In this document: positions 44,915-56,694 of the stretch, in pieces
Numbering within the stretch: the first letter of the stretch is position 1
How the letters are laid out: every line of letters begins with the position of its first letter
NCBI RefSeq assembly: GCF_000143415.4
Contig: NW_003314264.1
Location: 2,675,710-2,739,709 of the forward strand
Length of the DNA: 64,000 bases
Reading direction: 5' to 3'
Source of the DNA: Selaginella moellendorffii
Lineage: Eukaryota; Plantae; Lycopodiophyta
The notes under the pieces: model-generated
Told to the model about the DNA's origin: nothing
Databases searched by the model: none
What the model saw: only the letters and a program-made list of their open reading frames with translations
Program-made: the position numbers and the translations under genes

Positions 44915-47119
44915 TCAGTTTTTATTTTTGAGTTTAACTACCAAACGTGCGGTTTCTTTTCCACATCCCAATTCCTCCTGAGTAACACAAGCTCCTATAT
45001 AAGTTGTCCAGGCAACCCGATCGGCCTCAAAAGGCATGTTTTCAATCAGATCCCGTGCCTCATCCAGTTTGCCAACCCTTCCATACAAATCAATCAAGCA
45101 CATGTAATGGTCCACCAGGGCCTCGATATTGTGATCGCCAACCATGGAGACAAAATAACTACAACCATCATCCAAAAGCCCTGCATGGCTACAACCAAAG
45201 AGAATGCTGATGAAGCTGACTTGGTTGGGGAGCATCCCATCCAGGATCATCTCTTTAAACACATCCCCACCATCACAACCATGCCCTTGCTGGGCATATG
45301 CCACCACCATCGCTGTCCAGCAAACAATGTCCTTGTCGCGAATCTCGTCGAAAAGTCGCTTCGCATCTTGCAAATTTCCATACTTCCCGTACAAGTTGAT
45401 GAGCGCGGTTCTCGTCACCAGATTCTGCGTGGCTCCGGTCGAGAGCATCCGATCGTGAATCGCCTTTCCCTGCGAGAGCCCGTTGCAGATCGAGCACGCT
45501 GTCAAGAGGTTCGCGAAGCTCGTCTGGTTGAGCTTGAGGCCCTCCAAGTCCATTTCGCGGTGGATCTCGAATGCTTCCTTGCTTCGACCGCATTGTAACA
45601 GCGCTGTGGCCATGGCGTTCCACAGGGCGATGTTGTGGCGAGCGCCTGGGATGGACTTGAGAACTTGGCGAGCATCGCAGCCTCGATCGCTCCGACCGTA
45701 CATGCCAACCAGAGAAATGGCTGCCACCACGTCGAGCTTGGTTCCAGCCTCCATCATCCTCTTGTGTATCTTGATGCCCTCGCAAATACCACAAGCGTCC
45801 AGGATGGAGGCAAAGCTTGCGGCATCCGGTCGGATGCCCTCCAAGTCAAGCCCACGAAACAAAACCCACGCTCGCTGGAAATTCCCACTCTGGGCATAAG
45901 CTGCGATCATCGTGTTCCACGAAACCACATCGCGTTTCTCTAGCTGATCAAAAATGGTTTTTGCGTTGGAAACACTGCCACCTTTAGCGTGCATGCTGAT
46001 CAAGCTATTGCCGAGAAACAAATCCGACTTTAAGAGCCCAGAAGCAGCGATCCTCTCGTTTAGAGCCAGCCTTTCCGATCGATGCAAGCTCGAGCAAGCC
46101 TCGATAAGAATAAGGTAAGTCACCCTGCTCGGGGGCGTGCCTTCCAGATTCATATACTTGAAAAGGTGGGCTGCCTCGTGGCTGTAACCATTGTGGGCAT
46201 AGGCCGAGATCATCGAATTCCAAGCTATGGTGTCTCTCTTCTCTAAGGATTCAAACGCTTCCCAGGATTGTTTCACGCATCCACATTTTCCATACATGTT
46301 GACGATCGAGCTCTCCACGACACTGTCAGCCTCCATTCCAAAGGATAGCACGTATCTGCGATGAATCTTTTCACCCAGGATCGAGCTTTGGAGACGAGAG
46401 CAAGCATCCAAGAGTATGACAAATGTAACGCTGCTAATTTTCACACCCTCTAGATCCATTCTCCACAAGAGCTGGAGAGCTCTTTGCGGATGCCCGTTTT
46501 GGGCATATGCTGTCATGAGAGAGTTCCAGGAGACAGTATCCCTGAGAGAAAATCGGAAGAACACTGCCGTGGCCTCGTCCAATCTTCCCTTCTTTCCATA
46601 CATGTTGACGAGGGTGTTGCCAATCACGGCGTTGGAATCCATCCCAGACGCAAGAATTCTGCCGTGGATCGCGATGCCCCTGGTGAGATCCCCAATCCTC
46701 GCGCAAATCGCCACGACCGAGCTGAGAACGAACGCATCCGGCTTCACACCCTCGAGCTCCATCTTCCAGAAGAGCTCCAGCGCCTGGACATCGCGATTCT
46801 CCTTGGCATAGGCGGAGATGATGAGCGTAAAGGAGAAGACATTGGGCTCCAGGATCTGATCGAAGACAGCGCGGGCATGATCGAGGCTGTGACACCGGCC
46901 ATACATTTGGATGAGGAGATTGGCAACGAATGTGATCTTGTGGTGGCCACAGCGGACGATGTGAGCGTGGACACGCTGACCTTGGAGTAGCGAGTTGGAG
47001 CTGCCGCATTCCTTGAGGAGAAGCTCGTAGCTGCGAAATTCCACGCGCTGTTGCTGTTCAAGCCAGTCGATTGCGTGAGGCAGCCCATGATCCAGGCTTG
47101 GAACGAGTGTTTCTGTCAT
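44915..47119 (-). CDS. PLS-class pentatricopeptide repeat protein ending within the E region (no DYW)
   Basis: 734-aa ORF of P-L-S repeats (MYGKCG, VVSWNTMIAAYAQ), then GCSHAGLLDDG, HYMCLIDLYGRVG, MPFEAD. Confidence 0.93.
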   Translation of the reverse strand: MTETLVPSLDHGLPHAIDWLEQQQRVEFRSYELLLKECGSSNSLLQGQRVHAHIVRCGHHKITFVANLLIQMYGRCHSLDHARAVFDQILEPNVFSFTLIISAYAKENRDVQALELFWKMELEGVKPDAFVLSSVVAICARIGDLTRGIAIHGRILASGMDSNAVIGNTLVNMYGKKGRLDEATAVFFRFSLRDTVSWNSLMTAYAQNGHPQRALQLLWRMDLEGVKISSVTFVILLDACSRLQSSILGEKIHRRYVLSFGMEADSVVESSIVNMYGKCGCVKQSWEAFESLEKRDTIAWNSMISAYAHNGYSHEAAHLFKYMNLEGTPPSRVTYLILIEACSSLHRSERLALNERIAASGLLKSDLFLGNSLISMHAKGGSVSNAKTIFDQLEKRDVVSWNTMIAAYAQSGNFQRAWVLFRGLDLEGIRPDAASFASILDACGICEGIKIHKRMMEAGTKLDVVAAISLVGMYGRSDRGCDARQVLKSIPGARHNIALWNAMATALLQCGRSKEAFEIHREMDLEGLKLNQTSFANLLTACSICNGLSQGKAIHDRMLSTGATQNLVTRTALINLYGKYGNLQDAKRLFDEIRDKDIVCWTAMVVAYAQQGHGCDGGDVFKEMILDGMLPNQVSFISILFGCSHAGLLDDGCSYFVSMVGDHNIEALVDHYMCLIDLYGRVGKLDEARDLIENMPFEADRVAWTTYIGACVTQEELGCGKETARLVVKLKNKN

Positions 47120-47173
47120 ACCCTAAAGCACTCCCGCGCTATTTAAAATTTATCAAAAAAGACCAAAAGATAT

Positions 47174-47246
47174 TGGAGGTGAGGGGCATCGATCCCCTTA
47201 CCTATCGCATGCGAAGCGATCGCTCTACCATTTGAGCTACACCCCC
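47174..47246 (-). tRNA. tRNA-Ala (anticodon CGC)
   Basis: GGGGGTG/CACCTCC acceptor stem with G3:U70; anticodon arm ATCGC-TTCGCAT-GCGAT; 73 nt. Confidence 0.93.
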
Positions 47247-47326
47247 TTTACAATAGGAAATATAATAATAACTTTAAAATCTAATTTACAATAGGAAATA
47301 TAATAATAACTTTAAAATCTAATTTA
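47247..47326. repeat. Perfect 38-bp tandem duplication between the tRNA genes
   Basis: TTTACAATAGGAAATATAATAATAACTTTAAAATCTAA x2. Confidence 0.9.
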
Positions 47327-47360
47327 TTAATGATAATAGTAAATATATGAAATTATGCAA

Positions 47361-47432
47361 AGGTCCTACCGAGATTTGAACTCGGGCTACTGGATTCAGA
47401 GTCCAATGTCCTGACCACTAGACCATAGGACC
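47361..47432 (-). tRNA. tRNA-Gln (anticodon CTG)
   Basis: GGTCCTATGGTCTAGTGGTCAGGAC...CTCTGAA...GTTCAAATC...TAGGACCT; 72 nt. Confidence 0.93.
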
Positions 47433-47754
47433 AGTTGCATATTGTATTTAATCAATTAAGATAATCCAGCCAGCTAACAAAAATTTCAATTCTCGATGTT
47501 GGTAGGGCAATGTGGAAAATCTGGACCAGCAAGAAGTGGTGGGCTTGTTGTAGTTTTCTTACTACTACACAAAAAATGAAAGGGAAAAGAGTAAAAGACT
47601 GCTGCTCTAGGGCAAAGTCTTCTATCCTAGCACAATTCATCAAAATGATTGAAAGAATATAAAGCATTTGATAACTTTTGAAACAATTTTGAAGGACCAA
47701 ACTAACATTAGCATTTATCCAAATTATAAATGCTCAACATAAAATTTCAGCAAA

Positions 47755-48025
47755 TGGAGGCGAGGGGCATGCAAAGCGATTGCTCTACCATCTGAGCTAC
47801 ACCCCTTTTGAGATTATACTCACATAATAACAATTCCAAAAAAAAAGTATCAACTACATTTTCTTTCTTCAATCAATAAAATGGAAGTGAGGGGCGTCAA
47901 TCCCCTTACGCCCCCTTCAGAGATTATACTCTAATACTTAGATGATATCAGCAATCTCATGCATCATCAAATGGAAGTGGCATTGATCACCTTATCGCAT
48001 GCAAAGCGATTGCTCTACCATCCCT
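47755..48025 (-). pseudogene. Three internally deleted tRNA-Ala relics (47755-47805, 47882-47915, 47972-48025)
   Basis: Segments match the intact tRNA-Ala; two carry anticodon TGC. Confidence 0.8.
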
Positions 48026-48128
48026 TTGTGGATAACCTCTCTCCTAATCCAATATAACAAGAAATTTGTTTCAATAAACATCTCAAAGGCGTATGCATTT
48101 AACAAAGAGGGTTTAGGGTTCTTGCGAG

Positions 48129-48815
48129 ATGGCGAGGAGGAAGAAAAGGAAGCGGGCGAATGCAAGCGATCGACCAGAGGTAGCTCCTTCCATTGATGCC
48201 TTAAATGCGCGGGACGATCAGCAATCCAAGCAAATGGTCGTTTACGCCGACACGTCCGGCTTCCTTGGGCGCCAAGAAGAGGAAGCAAAAGAGGGTCAAG
48301 AAGTGAAAGAGGAAGAAGAGGTGTTGATGTTGGAGCTAAACCCAGTATCAGATCCAGTAGAAGAAGACGATGACGACGACGAAGAGGTGTTGATGTTGGA
48401 GCTAAACCCAGTATCAGATCCAGTAGAAGAAGACGATGACGACGACGACGACGACAAAGAAGAAGAAGAAGACGACGAAGAAGAACAACTTCCAGGCTCG
48501 AGCAAACGATCGCCCAGTCGCTCCAAGGCTCTGAAAAGGACGAGGACATACAAGACCGGCATCTATCCGTGCAGCATTTGCGAGCGAGTTTTCAAGTATA
48601 GTTGGCACCTCAAGAACCATCAGCTCGTCCACTCCGATGAGGTAACTTGCCACTTCGCCTCGGATCTGGTCTAAATCGTTGGTTGATTTCGCTAGAGACG
48701 CTTCCGGTGCCAGTTCCCTGGCTGCGATCGAACGTACAAGCGGAGGGGCGATGTCAACGTACACATGAAAAGGAGCCATCGGCTGTCTGTCCGCAAGAGA
48801 ATCAAGTCGTCGTAG
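48129..48815 (+). CDS. Two-finger C2H2 zinc-finger protein with acidic N-terminus (intron 48642-48695)
   Basis: YPCSICERVFKYSWHLKNHQLVH-SDE|RRFRCQFPGCDRTYKRRGDVNVHMKRSH; basic NLS-like start. Confidence 0.8.
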
Positions 48816-49036
48816 AAGTTCCAAGAGCTCCTGAAAGTTTATTACGAAGATCCACTATTCGTACGTACTTCTGTAGCTAGGATTGTTTTCGTGACGAAAC
48901 TAGCGTTTCATTCAGCTTGTAGGGAGATTCTAGAGTGAGCGAGCACACCAGGGATGAGACTTCGTCACCTGCGAGGGGAAGCAGCTGTTGTAGTCTTTAG
49001 GGAAATCAAAACACTCTTCTTCTTACCTTCTTGACA

Positions 49037-49660
49037 CTAGACTTTGTCAGCCTCCGGTGGTGTGGCATTTCGGTCGCTGAAATCTCCGTCCTGCGTCCAC
49101 TTGCCATACTTCTCTCGCATCTTCCGGTTGAGCTCCGCGGCATGGCTGTCGTTGGCCTTGGCAGAGCGAGCCTCGGCCTCCTCCTGGACCTTGGCCAGCT
49201 CCTGGGCCCTGTGCGCGTTCTTGGACTCGAGATCCTCGTAGAAGTTCTCGTAGCTGCAGTGGTGGACGATGAAGGCCAGCACCAGGACCATCATCTGGAC
49301 GCACAGCATGATCATGAAGAGGATGGCGTCGACCCGCATGAGAATTCTCGTGTTATCGACGCTCCGCTTGGACTTGAGGTGCTGCTCGACTAGCTCCTGC
49401 TTGATGAAAAGCGCCAGGGAGCCGGATCCAAGGCCGCCCATGGAGAGGCCCAGCGCCAGGAAGTGGTATGAGAAGCAGCTGTCGAAGGGGAAGCAGCCCA
49501 AGAGCCCCGAGAGGAAGGTGAGCGCGGCGACGAGGATGAATCCCCAGCCCGCCCACGTTGGACTCAGCCGGATGGCGACGATCGCCGCGACGGAGACGAT
49601 GGCGCCGATCATGACGAAGTAATTGAGGAAGCGCAGGAACTTCCTGAGGCACACCGCCAT
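49037..49660 (-). CDS. Four-TM tetraspanin/TOM2A-like membrane protein
   Basis: ATG at 49660; four hydrophobic segments; C-terminal coiled region with MREKYG. Confidence 0.7.
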   Translation of the reverse strand: MAVCLRKFLRFLNYFVMIGAIVSVAAIVAIRLSPTWAGWGFILVAALTFLSGLLGCFPFDSCFSYHFLALGLSMGGLGSGSLALFIKQELVEQHLKSKRSVDNTRILMRVDAILFMIMLCVQMMVLVLAFIVHHCSYENFYEDLESKNAHRAQELAKVQEEAEARSAKANDSHAAELNRKMREKYGKWTQDGDFSDRNATPPEADKV

Positions 49661-50254
49661 GCTCCCCCGTCCAGGGCGGCGAGAGTTACCCCCGCCGTGG
49701 AGCTTATGTAGCTTGTGTTGGAAATCGAGCGTCATGGTATCTCTCAGCGGAAAAGAAAGGATTTTCCCGGTCTGCAAGAAGATTTCCATTAGTTCTCGAG
49801 AAGACGAAGCGGCAAAACGGGAGAAATCCGTGGCAAGGAGGAACATTTTGGAAATGCGGCAGTGCAGGGGACGATTTCCAAGAGAATCTCGAGATGTAAG
49901 GAAAGAGGACAAGCAAGAAGCGCCTAGATCCACCTAAATCAAGCGCGAGCGCATGCCATACCTCTAGATCTTGGAGCCAAATCCTTGACAAGAATTCTCC
50001 TTCGCAAGCGCTCTCCTCTCTCTGGACTAAGAGCCCTAAAAAGAAACGCTCTCTATCCTAGCCGTTGGAAGGGAGACGTTTAAACCATGGAGAATCATTT
50101 GAAATGTTAGGGTTTATGATACTCTGGTTCTAGGGCTTGTGGCTGGCGATGGAATCGCGCGGCGCCCTGGGGCAAATTCGTGGGCGGTAGGATCACCGGC
50201 CAAGATTCCAATGCGACGCTCGAAGAACTCATGGATTTGAGAAGCCATCTCTCT

Positions 50255-51363
50255 CTATTTCTTCTTTTTGGCTTTGGTCTTTTGCTGGACGGGCCGGCCT
50301 CCGCCCTTGGCGCCCTTGACGTTCCACTTCCCCGACTTGCGTTTCTTGGGAGGCTTGACGGCGTCGTCCTTGAAAGGCATTCCCAGCAGCGAGAGCAGCC
50401 GCTGCCCCTCCTTGTCCGAATTCGCGCTCGTGCAAATGGCGACGTCGAATCCGCGCTGCTGGTCGATGCTCTCGAACTTGATCTCCGGGAACACGCTCTG
50501 GTCGCTGATGCCAACGTTGTAGTTGCCCTTGCCGTCGAAGCTGTAGGGGCTGACGCCTTGAAAGTCCCTCGTTCGGGGAAACGCTAGATTCACGAGCCTG
50601 TCCAGGAACGAGTACATCACCTGATCATCGACAAAGAAAACAGCCACAACTGTAAGCTTGCGAAGAACTAAAGCTCACTTCTCTCTCGGGAATCATAGCG
50701 AAGGAAACACGAGAATTCGCAAAAGAAGAACACTCACCTCTCCCCGGAGAGTGACCGCGATTCCAACTGGGACGTCCTTCCTCAGCTTGAAGGCAGCCAC
50801 GGCTTTCTTCGCACGGGTCACGATTGGTTTCTGTCCCGTGATGAGCGAGAGATCCTTTTGCATGGCCTCGAGGATCTTGGCATTTTGAGCACCTTCTCCA
50901 TTGCCACAGTTCACGACGATCTTATTGAGCTTTGGTACCTGAAAGAAGAAAAAATCCTGTTTAGAGATGGAAGATCCCAAAAGAAGAACAAAGCAAAAAG
51001 AGTGAAGAACGAACAATGTAGAACGCTAAGAAAACACCACAAGGCTAAGAGTAAAAAACTTACTTGGAGCGTGTTTGTGTAGCTAAATTCTTCCATCATG
51101 GCCGGCACAACCTTGTCCAGGTACTGCGATTTCAATCTCTGGACTTGCTTTGCAGCTGGAGTGGACGATTCCGCGGCGGCCTCCTCCGCCACGGCTGTGG
51201 ATGCTCGCACGGCGCGAAATCTGGATGCTAGGCGATGGCCCCGCGGCCCAATGCGAATGCTCACGCTTACCGCCTGGCCGCCGCGCAGGAATTCCTTTTC
51301 CGCGATGCCTCCGCCGCCGCCTCCGCCCGCCAAGGACGCCACACACACACCGTATGCCGCCAT
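50255..51363 (-). CDS. RPL5: Plastid 50S ribosomal protein L5 (uL5c), 3 exons
   Basis: Transit peptide; [48 protein letters not shown]. Confidence 0.95.
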
Positions 51364-51539
51364 AGCCGCGCTTTCAAACCTATTCCATCGTCGCTTTGAG
51401 ATAAACCCATTTGTCTTATTTTCTCCTGTACATATTCTTGTCCTAGTATTATTTCTATTGTCTCCTTGATTCTTTCGCACGGAATTCACGTCCGGCAGCA
51501 CATTCTTTGAAGAAATCATTCAGGTGTTCTTCGAAGAAT

Positions 51540-52804
51540 TCATGCCTTCTTGGCGCGGCCATTTGTGGAGGCCTTTCCTCCTCCGCGTCTCAGGAACTCG
51601 AGGATGTGAGTGTTGAATCGGTGTGCTTGCTCTATCTGGACAGCGTGCGACGCTTTCTTGAGGATAACCAGCTTGGATTTGTCACCCAGATGGCTGCAAC
51701 AACAACAACAAAAGAGAGAAAAAAAATAAAAGAGCGATGAACTCTAGCTCTGAAAAACGAAAAGCTTGCTACCTTTTCACTTTGTGCGCAAGCGCAACAG
51801 GAAAAATCTGGTCGTGCTCTCCCCAAATTATCAAAGATTCCTTCCAAGAGAGAAAATGACACACAGCGTTGTCAGCCCGTCTCGATCGACAGCTAGCAAA
51901 TGAAAGTTCACTTACCTGCGTGAGAACCGGCAGAGGCGTTGGATCCTCCTGCTGATCAACACCCAGCTGCAAGCCTTGGAGCAGCTCCACTTTCTCCCCC
52001 CGCTTCTCGATGTACAGCAGCTGGACACAAACAAGGACACATTAAATGGAGAAACAACCAACGAACAAACAAAAACCGCATGAACCAACGATGAACAAAG
52101 ACAGACAGAGTGAGAGAAAAAAAAAGAAGCTAAACCATGGAAAGAGATCGCAGGCTACTCACATTGATGTAATCTTCAAGGACGCAGTCGAGGAGGCACG
52201 ACGACGGCCTGTAGAAGGACAACTTAATGAGCTTGCGGAGCTCGTCGGGAGTGGTCGGCAGCAAAAAGTCGGACACGGCCTCCACTTTGGCCGTCTTGGT
52301 GATGGCGTCCACGTCCAGCGGAGTCATACAAACTCCGGAGCTCGCGATCACCACCCTCTCCACGGCCTGAGGAAAAAGATGAGCCATCCGGAAGGCCACA
52401 AACCCTCCGTAGCTCACACCGACAACGTCGAACCTGTGCACTCCCAGCGCCTCCATGACGTTCATCAAGCTCTTGGCCTGGTACACCTCCGACCTGTTGG
52501 GACTGGTGGTGGTCGACTCCCCGAAAAAGATCAAGTTTGGGATGTAGAGCTCCATCTCCGACCCCAGCTCCTTGAGTTGCGAGGACCACTGCCACATTGC
52601 ATTGGCTCCAAAGCCGTGGATCAGCAGCACCGCGCGCTTGGAGCTGCCGCTGCTAGAGGATTTTTTCCGCTTGGGAACCCAGCACTGGATCACTGTGGTG
52701 TTGTCCGCTTGGATCGATCTTAATTCCAGACCCGCGGACACGAACTTGGAGTGAAGGCGCTTGCTTGCGAGCGTTGTGATGCTGAAGCAGCCACAACCCC
52801 CCAT
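51540..52804 (-). CDS. Alpha/beta-hydrolase (ABHD6/monoacylglycerol lipase-like), 4 exons
   Basis: LIHGFG, GVSYGG nucleophile elbow, WGEHDQIFP, ASHAVQIE. Confidence 0.9.
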
Positions 52805-53244
52805 TGTTGAGGTCCAGGCCGGCGAGGTCCTCTAGCGCAAAGGAAAAAGATCACAAAATCATGAGCATGAATGGAAGAGAGAGAGAGCACAAAGCTTACC
52901 TTTCGAGCAGGAGCCTTAATAAAACTCCACACTGAGCGAGCTTCTTTGAGTGTATCCCAGTACCGGCACCTAACTTGTTAGAAACAGCTCTAAAGGAAGT
53001 ACTGGAGGGAAGCAAAAAAATATATAGTGAGCGCTTTTGCAGGGTGAGCACAAAACCAGGCCTCGTGGCTCGGACCCCGAAAAGTATGAAAGGGAAATGG
53101 TTACTACTGTTGAGGTATCCAAAGTCTTACGAAAAAGATTGGACTTACTTCAGTGGAAAAAAAAGTGTCAGCGAGTGTGTTCTTATGGCGGAGATGATCA
53201 TCTCCTCCAGGTTAGTTCTACGTAGTGATGTTTCAGACTAAAGT

Positions 53245-55059
53245 TTAGTCTCTAGCTGTTGCTGCTGGCGATGCCGCTGCTCTTCGAGGCTCTCTGGATG
53301 GGCTGCAGAGCAGTGTCAGTTCAGAACAAATAGAGAAAGAAAAGAACATTACCTGCGGGAGGAGCTCTTGCGGCCATTCTTTTCAGGAGAAGCTGAACGA
53401 GAATCCGCACGTCGTCCCCTTGGCGAAGACCACGATTCACTTGGACTGTGGCGAGGACTTCGATAACGAGCAGGACTTGGAGAAGAGTAGCGAGACCTTC
53501 CATGGCGATCGCTATCATACCTTCGAAAGCCAGAAACGATTAGCTCATGTATACATTTCTGAACCTGTGCCACCACTACCTCGAGGACCGATAACGTCTT
53601 CCTGGTGAGTACGATCTCGATCGAGCTGTAAGAAAGACAAAAACAAAACAACTTCAGTGCTACCTAGGAGAAGAAGAAACAAACAAAACGCTTACATCTA
53701 AACCGCCGAGGAGAATGTCTGTAATAGCCACCACCTCCATACCGGCTTCCCCAGCCACTGCTACTTTAGACACAGCTTAGACAAGGAAAAACATGATCAA
53801 ATACTGACCTGACTCTGCTCTTCATTCGCATCTCCGATGGCTTCTTGCGGTTTTCTTCGGCGAAAACTACGGTGATTTCGCGACCGCCGAGAACTTGTCG
53901 ATCCATATGATGCTTTGCCCGCGCTGCGTCCTCAGGGTTCATGTACTGCACGAAGCCAAATCCTCGAGGCTCACTGCAAAAGGGAAACGAAGAACAACGC
54001 GATGTCAGTACTAAGAAATGCTACACTATATAACGTCAAGCCGCCAAAGCAGGCAACACACAACGAGCTCCCACAAACAAATTAGCATACCTTATGTGAT
54101 CTTTAAGTTTGAACTTTTTCTCTTCAAAGGTACAGGCAAAAACACTTCAAAGGGGCAAGCATCTTCTCTTCGATCGGCCCCAGGCTCTAGGAAAAACCAT
54201 TCCTTCATTCCTTCATATACCATCTTCAAAAGACGGCTACGGTTCTTTCACAGGCTGCAAGCTTTTGTTTCTTTTTTTCGGTTTTGTTTCCTTGGGCTTG
54301 AAAACTACAAGGTTGTCAGGTCATTGATCATCATCTTCAAACTTCTTCCCCTGTGCCACATTCATGGCGTCCTATCAAGTTAAAAAAAAAAAACGAAAGA
54401 AACAATACACGTCCCACGAGCAAGAACTGCGATTCTTGCACTGTGCAGCAGCCATACCAATGGCATTGAGCGTAGAAAACAAAAGCAGATATAGAAACGA
54501 CACAAGAAAGGCATCAAAACTCCCATCGGCTCAGCTCAACTCAGCTCAAATGATGAAAAAGAATGAACTACCTTCGTCACCATGAAAAAGAAAAAAAACT
54601 GGAAAGGATGACGCTCGTAGGCGGAGAAAAAAAGAACACCGCATTCCACTTACCCGGTGTAGAAATCCTTGGGCAAATACACGTCCTTGATGTGTCCAAA
54701 CTGCTCAAAGGGGCCGCGAACGTCCTCTGGCCTGTGACAGTCACAAAGCTCTCAGAATTGGCCACCAAAGCAATGCCAAGAACACTACAAACCAAAAGCT
54801 AAAGCCAAGAAGCAAAAGCAAGACAGAGAAAGAAATTGAGAATGCACCTCGCCGATCGCGAGATATTCCTGACGAGCAGGCTGCAAGGCGGAGTCGGGAC
54901 GCGGCGCCGATCGTCGTGACCTCCTCCTCGGCGCTTGCGACTGGCAGGCGGACTCCAGCTCCGGCTCTCGCTGCGGCTGCGGCTCCGGCTCCAGCTCTTC
55001 CTCGGGCTGTAGCTGCGACTCCGGCTCCGGCTCTTGCTCTTGCTCTTGCTCCTCGCCAT
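53245..55059 (-). CDS. SC35-like (SCL) SR splicing factor, multi-exon
   Basis: RS-rich N-terminus; SLLVRNI, FGHIKDVYLPKDFYTG|EPRGFGFVQY, VFAEENRKKPSEMR; RS/SP tail. Confidence 0.92.
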
Positions 55060-55438
55060 CGCCTTCTTCCTCTTTCCTCCAATTCTGCCCTAACTTTGCA
55101 GTTTTAAAGTTTCTGTTAGTTACTAGACAATGCCGTACGGCGGAGCGTGGGCCGTACGGATGGGGCGAGGATCTGGATGGGTCACATGATGTTCTGTGGC
55201 ACCTGAGTGGATCCAGAGATAAAAATCGGTGCGTGATAGCGAAAAAGTGGAGTTGCAATTCATTATTCACAAAGCCCCCACTTTTGCTTGCCTTGCCTTT
55301 TGGGTACTCTGCTCGTTGGAGCTCGCAAATCTCTAGCTGGAAAGCCTCTTTTGCCGATCGATTCCATCGCAGCCCACCTCGATTCTTGCCAAATTGCCGC
55401 CGCCCACAGCGGTTTAGTCCCTCCTCGACCCACATTGG

Positions 55439-56350
55439 ATGTCTATGGGGGCCAGCAAGCAGGAAAGAGGCAATGCAGCGGTGTGGGCGATAGCGATGGC
55501 GATTCTCCTGGCCAGGGCTGCCATTGCGTCAGCGTACATGATCTACCGGGTGGGCGACGACGATGGATGGACCGCCAACGCCCCCGGGATCGATTACACC
55601 AAGTGGGCATCCCAGAAGGCCTTCCAAGTCGGGGACATGCTAGGTGAGTAGAGCTTTCCATCCTTGTAGACCTATGGTGTTCTTGGATATCGTTTGATCG
55701 ATCTATGGTTGCATTCCTTCTCCAGTGTGATTGTTCCTGGGGTCGATGGTGGTTTTGGTCGATCTTTCGACCAAGTTTTGGTGTTCTTGAGAGCAATCTT
55801 CTCATTTATTCACGATTTCTTCTCGTTGTTCTTGGATCCAGTCTTCGCCTACTCTGGCGCGAATCACACGGTGCTCCAGACGAGCAGCCAGGACGCATTC
55901 GACGCTTGCAACACCGGGGTGGAGGACGCCAAGATCTGGTCCGCGGATGGCTCCTCCTCCTCCAACGTCATGCTCACCACCCCGGGAAGAACATACTTCC
56001 TCTGCACAGCAGACGACGGCGGCCACTGCCGCGCCGGGATGAAATTCGGGATCGATGTCACTGGCACCGCCCCCTCCGCTGGATCCGATGGCCTCGTCGC
56101 TCCAACCGGATCGCCCCCCGTCGATAGCTCCTGGAACTCACCAGGTCCCGTCACCGATTTCTCGCCGCCCTTCCTCACTCCGGATCCATCCAGTTCTTCC
56201 TCCACCGGCAGCGCAATTGCTCCGCCAGGATCAATCACCACTCCATCGGAGAACTCGAATTCGCCACTCTATTCTCGCGCCACCCCCACCAGGATGATTG
56301 GCGATGGATTTGAGGTGGCGATCCTTGTCTTTGCTGCCATGGTGCTGTGA
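55439..56350 (+). CDS. Phytocyanin (uclacyanin-like blue copper protein), 2 exons
   Basis: Signal peptide, YRVGDDDGW, FQVGDML|VF, Cu ligands H-C-H-M, P/S/T-rich tail and hydrophobic GPI-like end. Confidence 0.9.
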
Positions 56351-56694
56351 TCTTGTCAGATCCATCGTCTTAATCGATGCTGGATGCGAGTGACTCGGCT
56401 CGCTTGAGATCAATCTAAACACTTCCATCGAATCAATCGCTCGGCTCTTCATTGCTCTGCCTTGTTCTAAGCGATGGTGCCGCGATTCCGGCCGGATAAG
56501 CGCGCGGGGGCGCAAGGATTTGGATCCAAATCTTCCTTGTCTCGACTTGAGCTTGGAACGATCACGGAGGGCGGCTCTTTTCTGGACGCTGCGAAAATGC
56601 CATGCCCCTCGCTTCGTCAAATCCGCCGCGATCAAGCTTTAAGATCGATCCGTCTATCTCTCCTGTGTTGCATTCCATCTGAGATCGTGGCGCC

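Noticed and set aside
49661-49933. N-terminal extension of the 298-aa membrane-protein ORF
   Set aside because: Non-ATG start and UTR/intron-like composition; the ATG at 49660 fits better.
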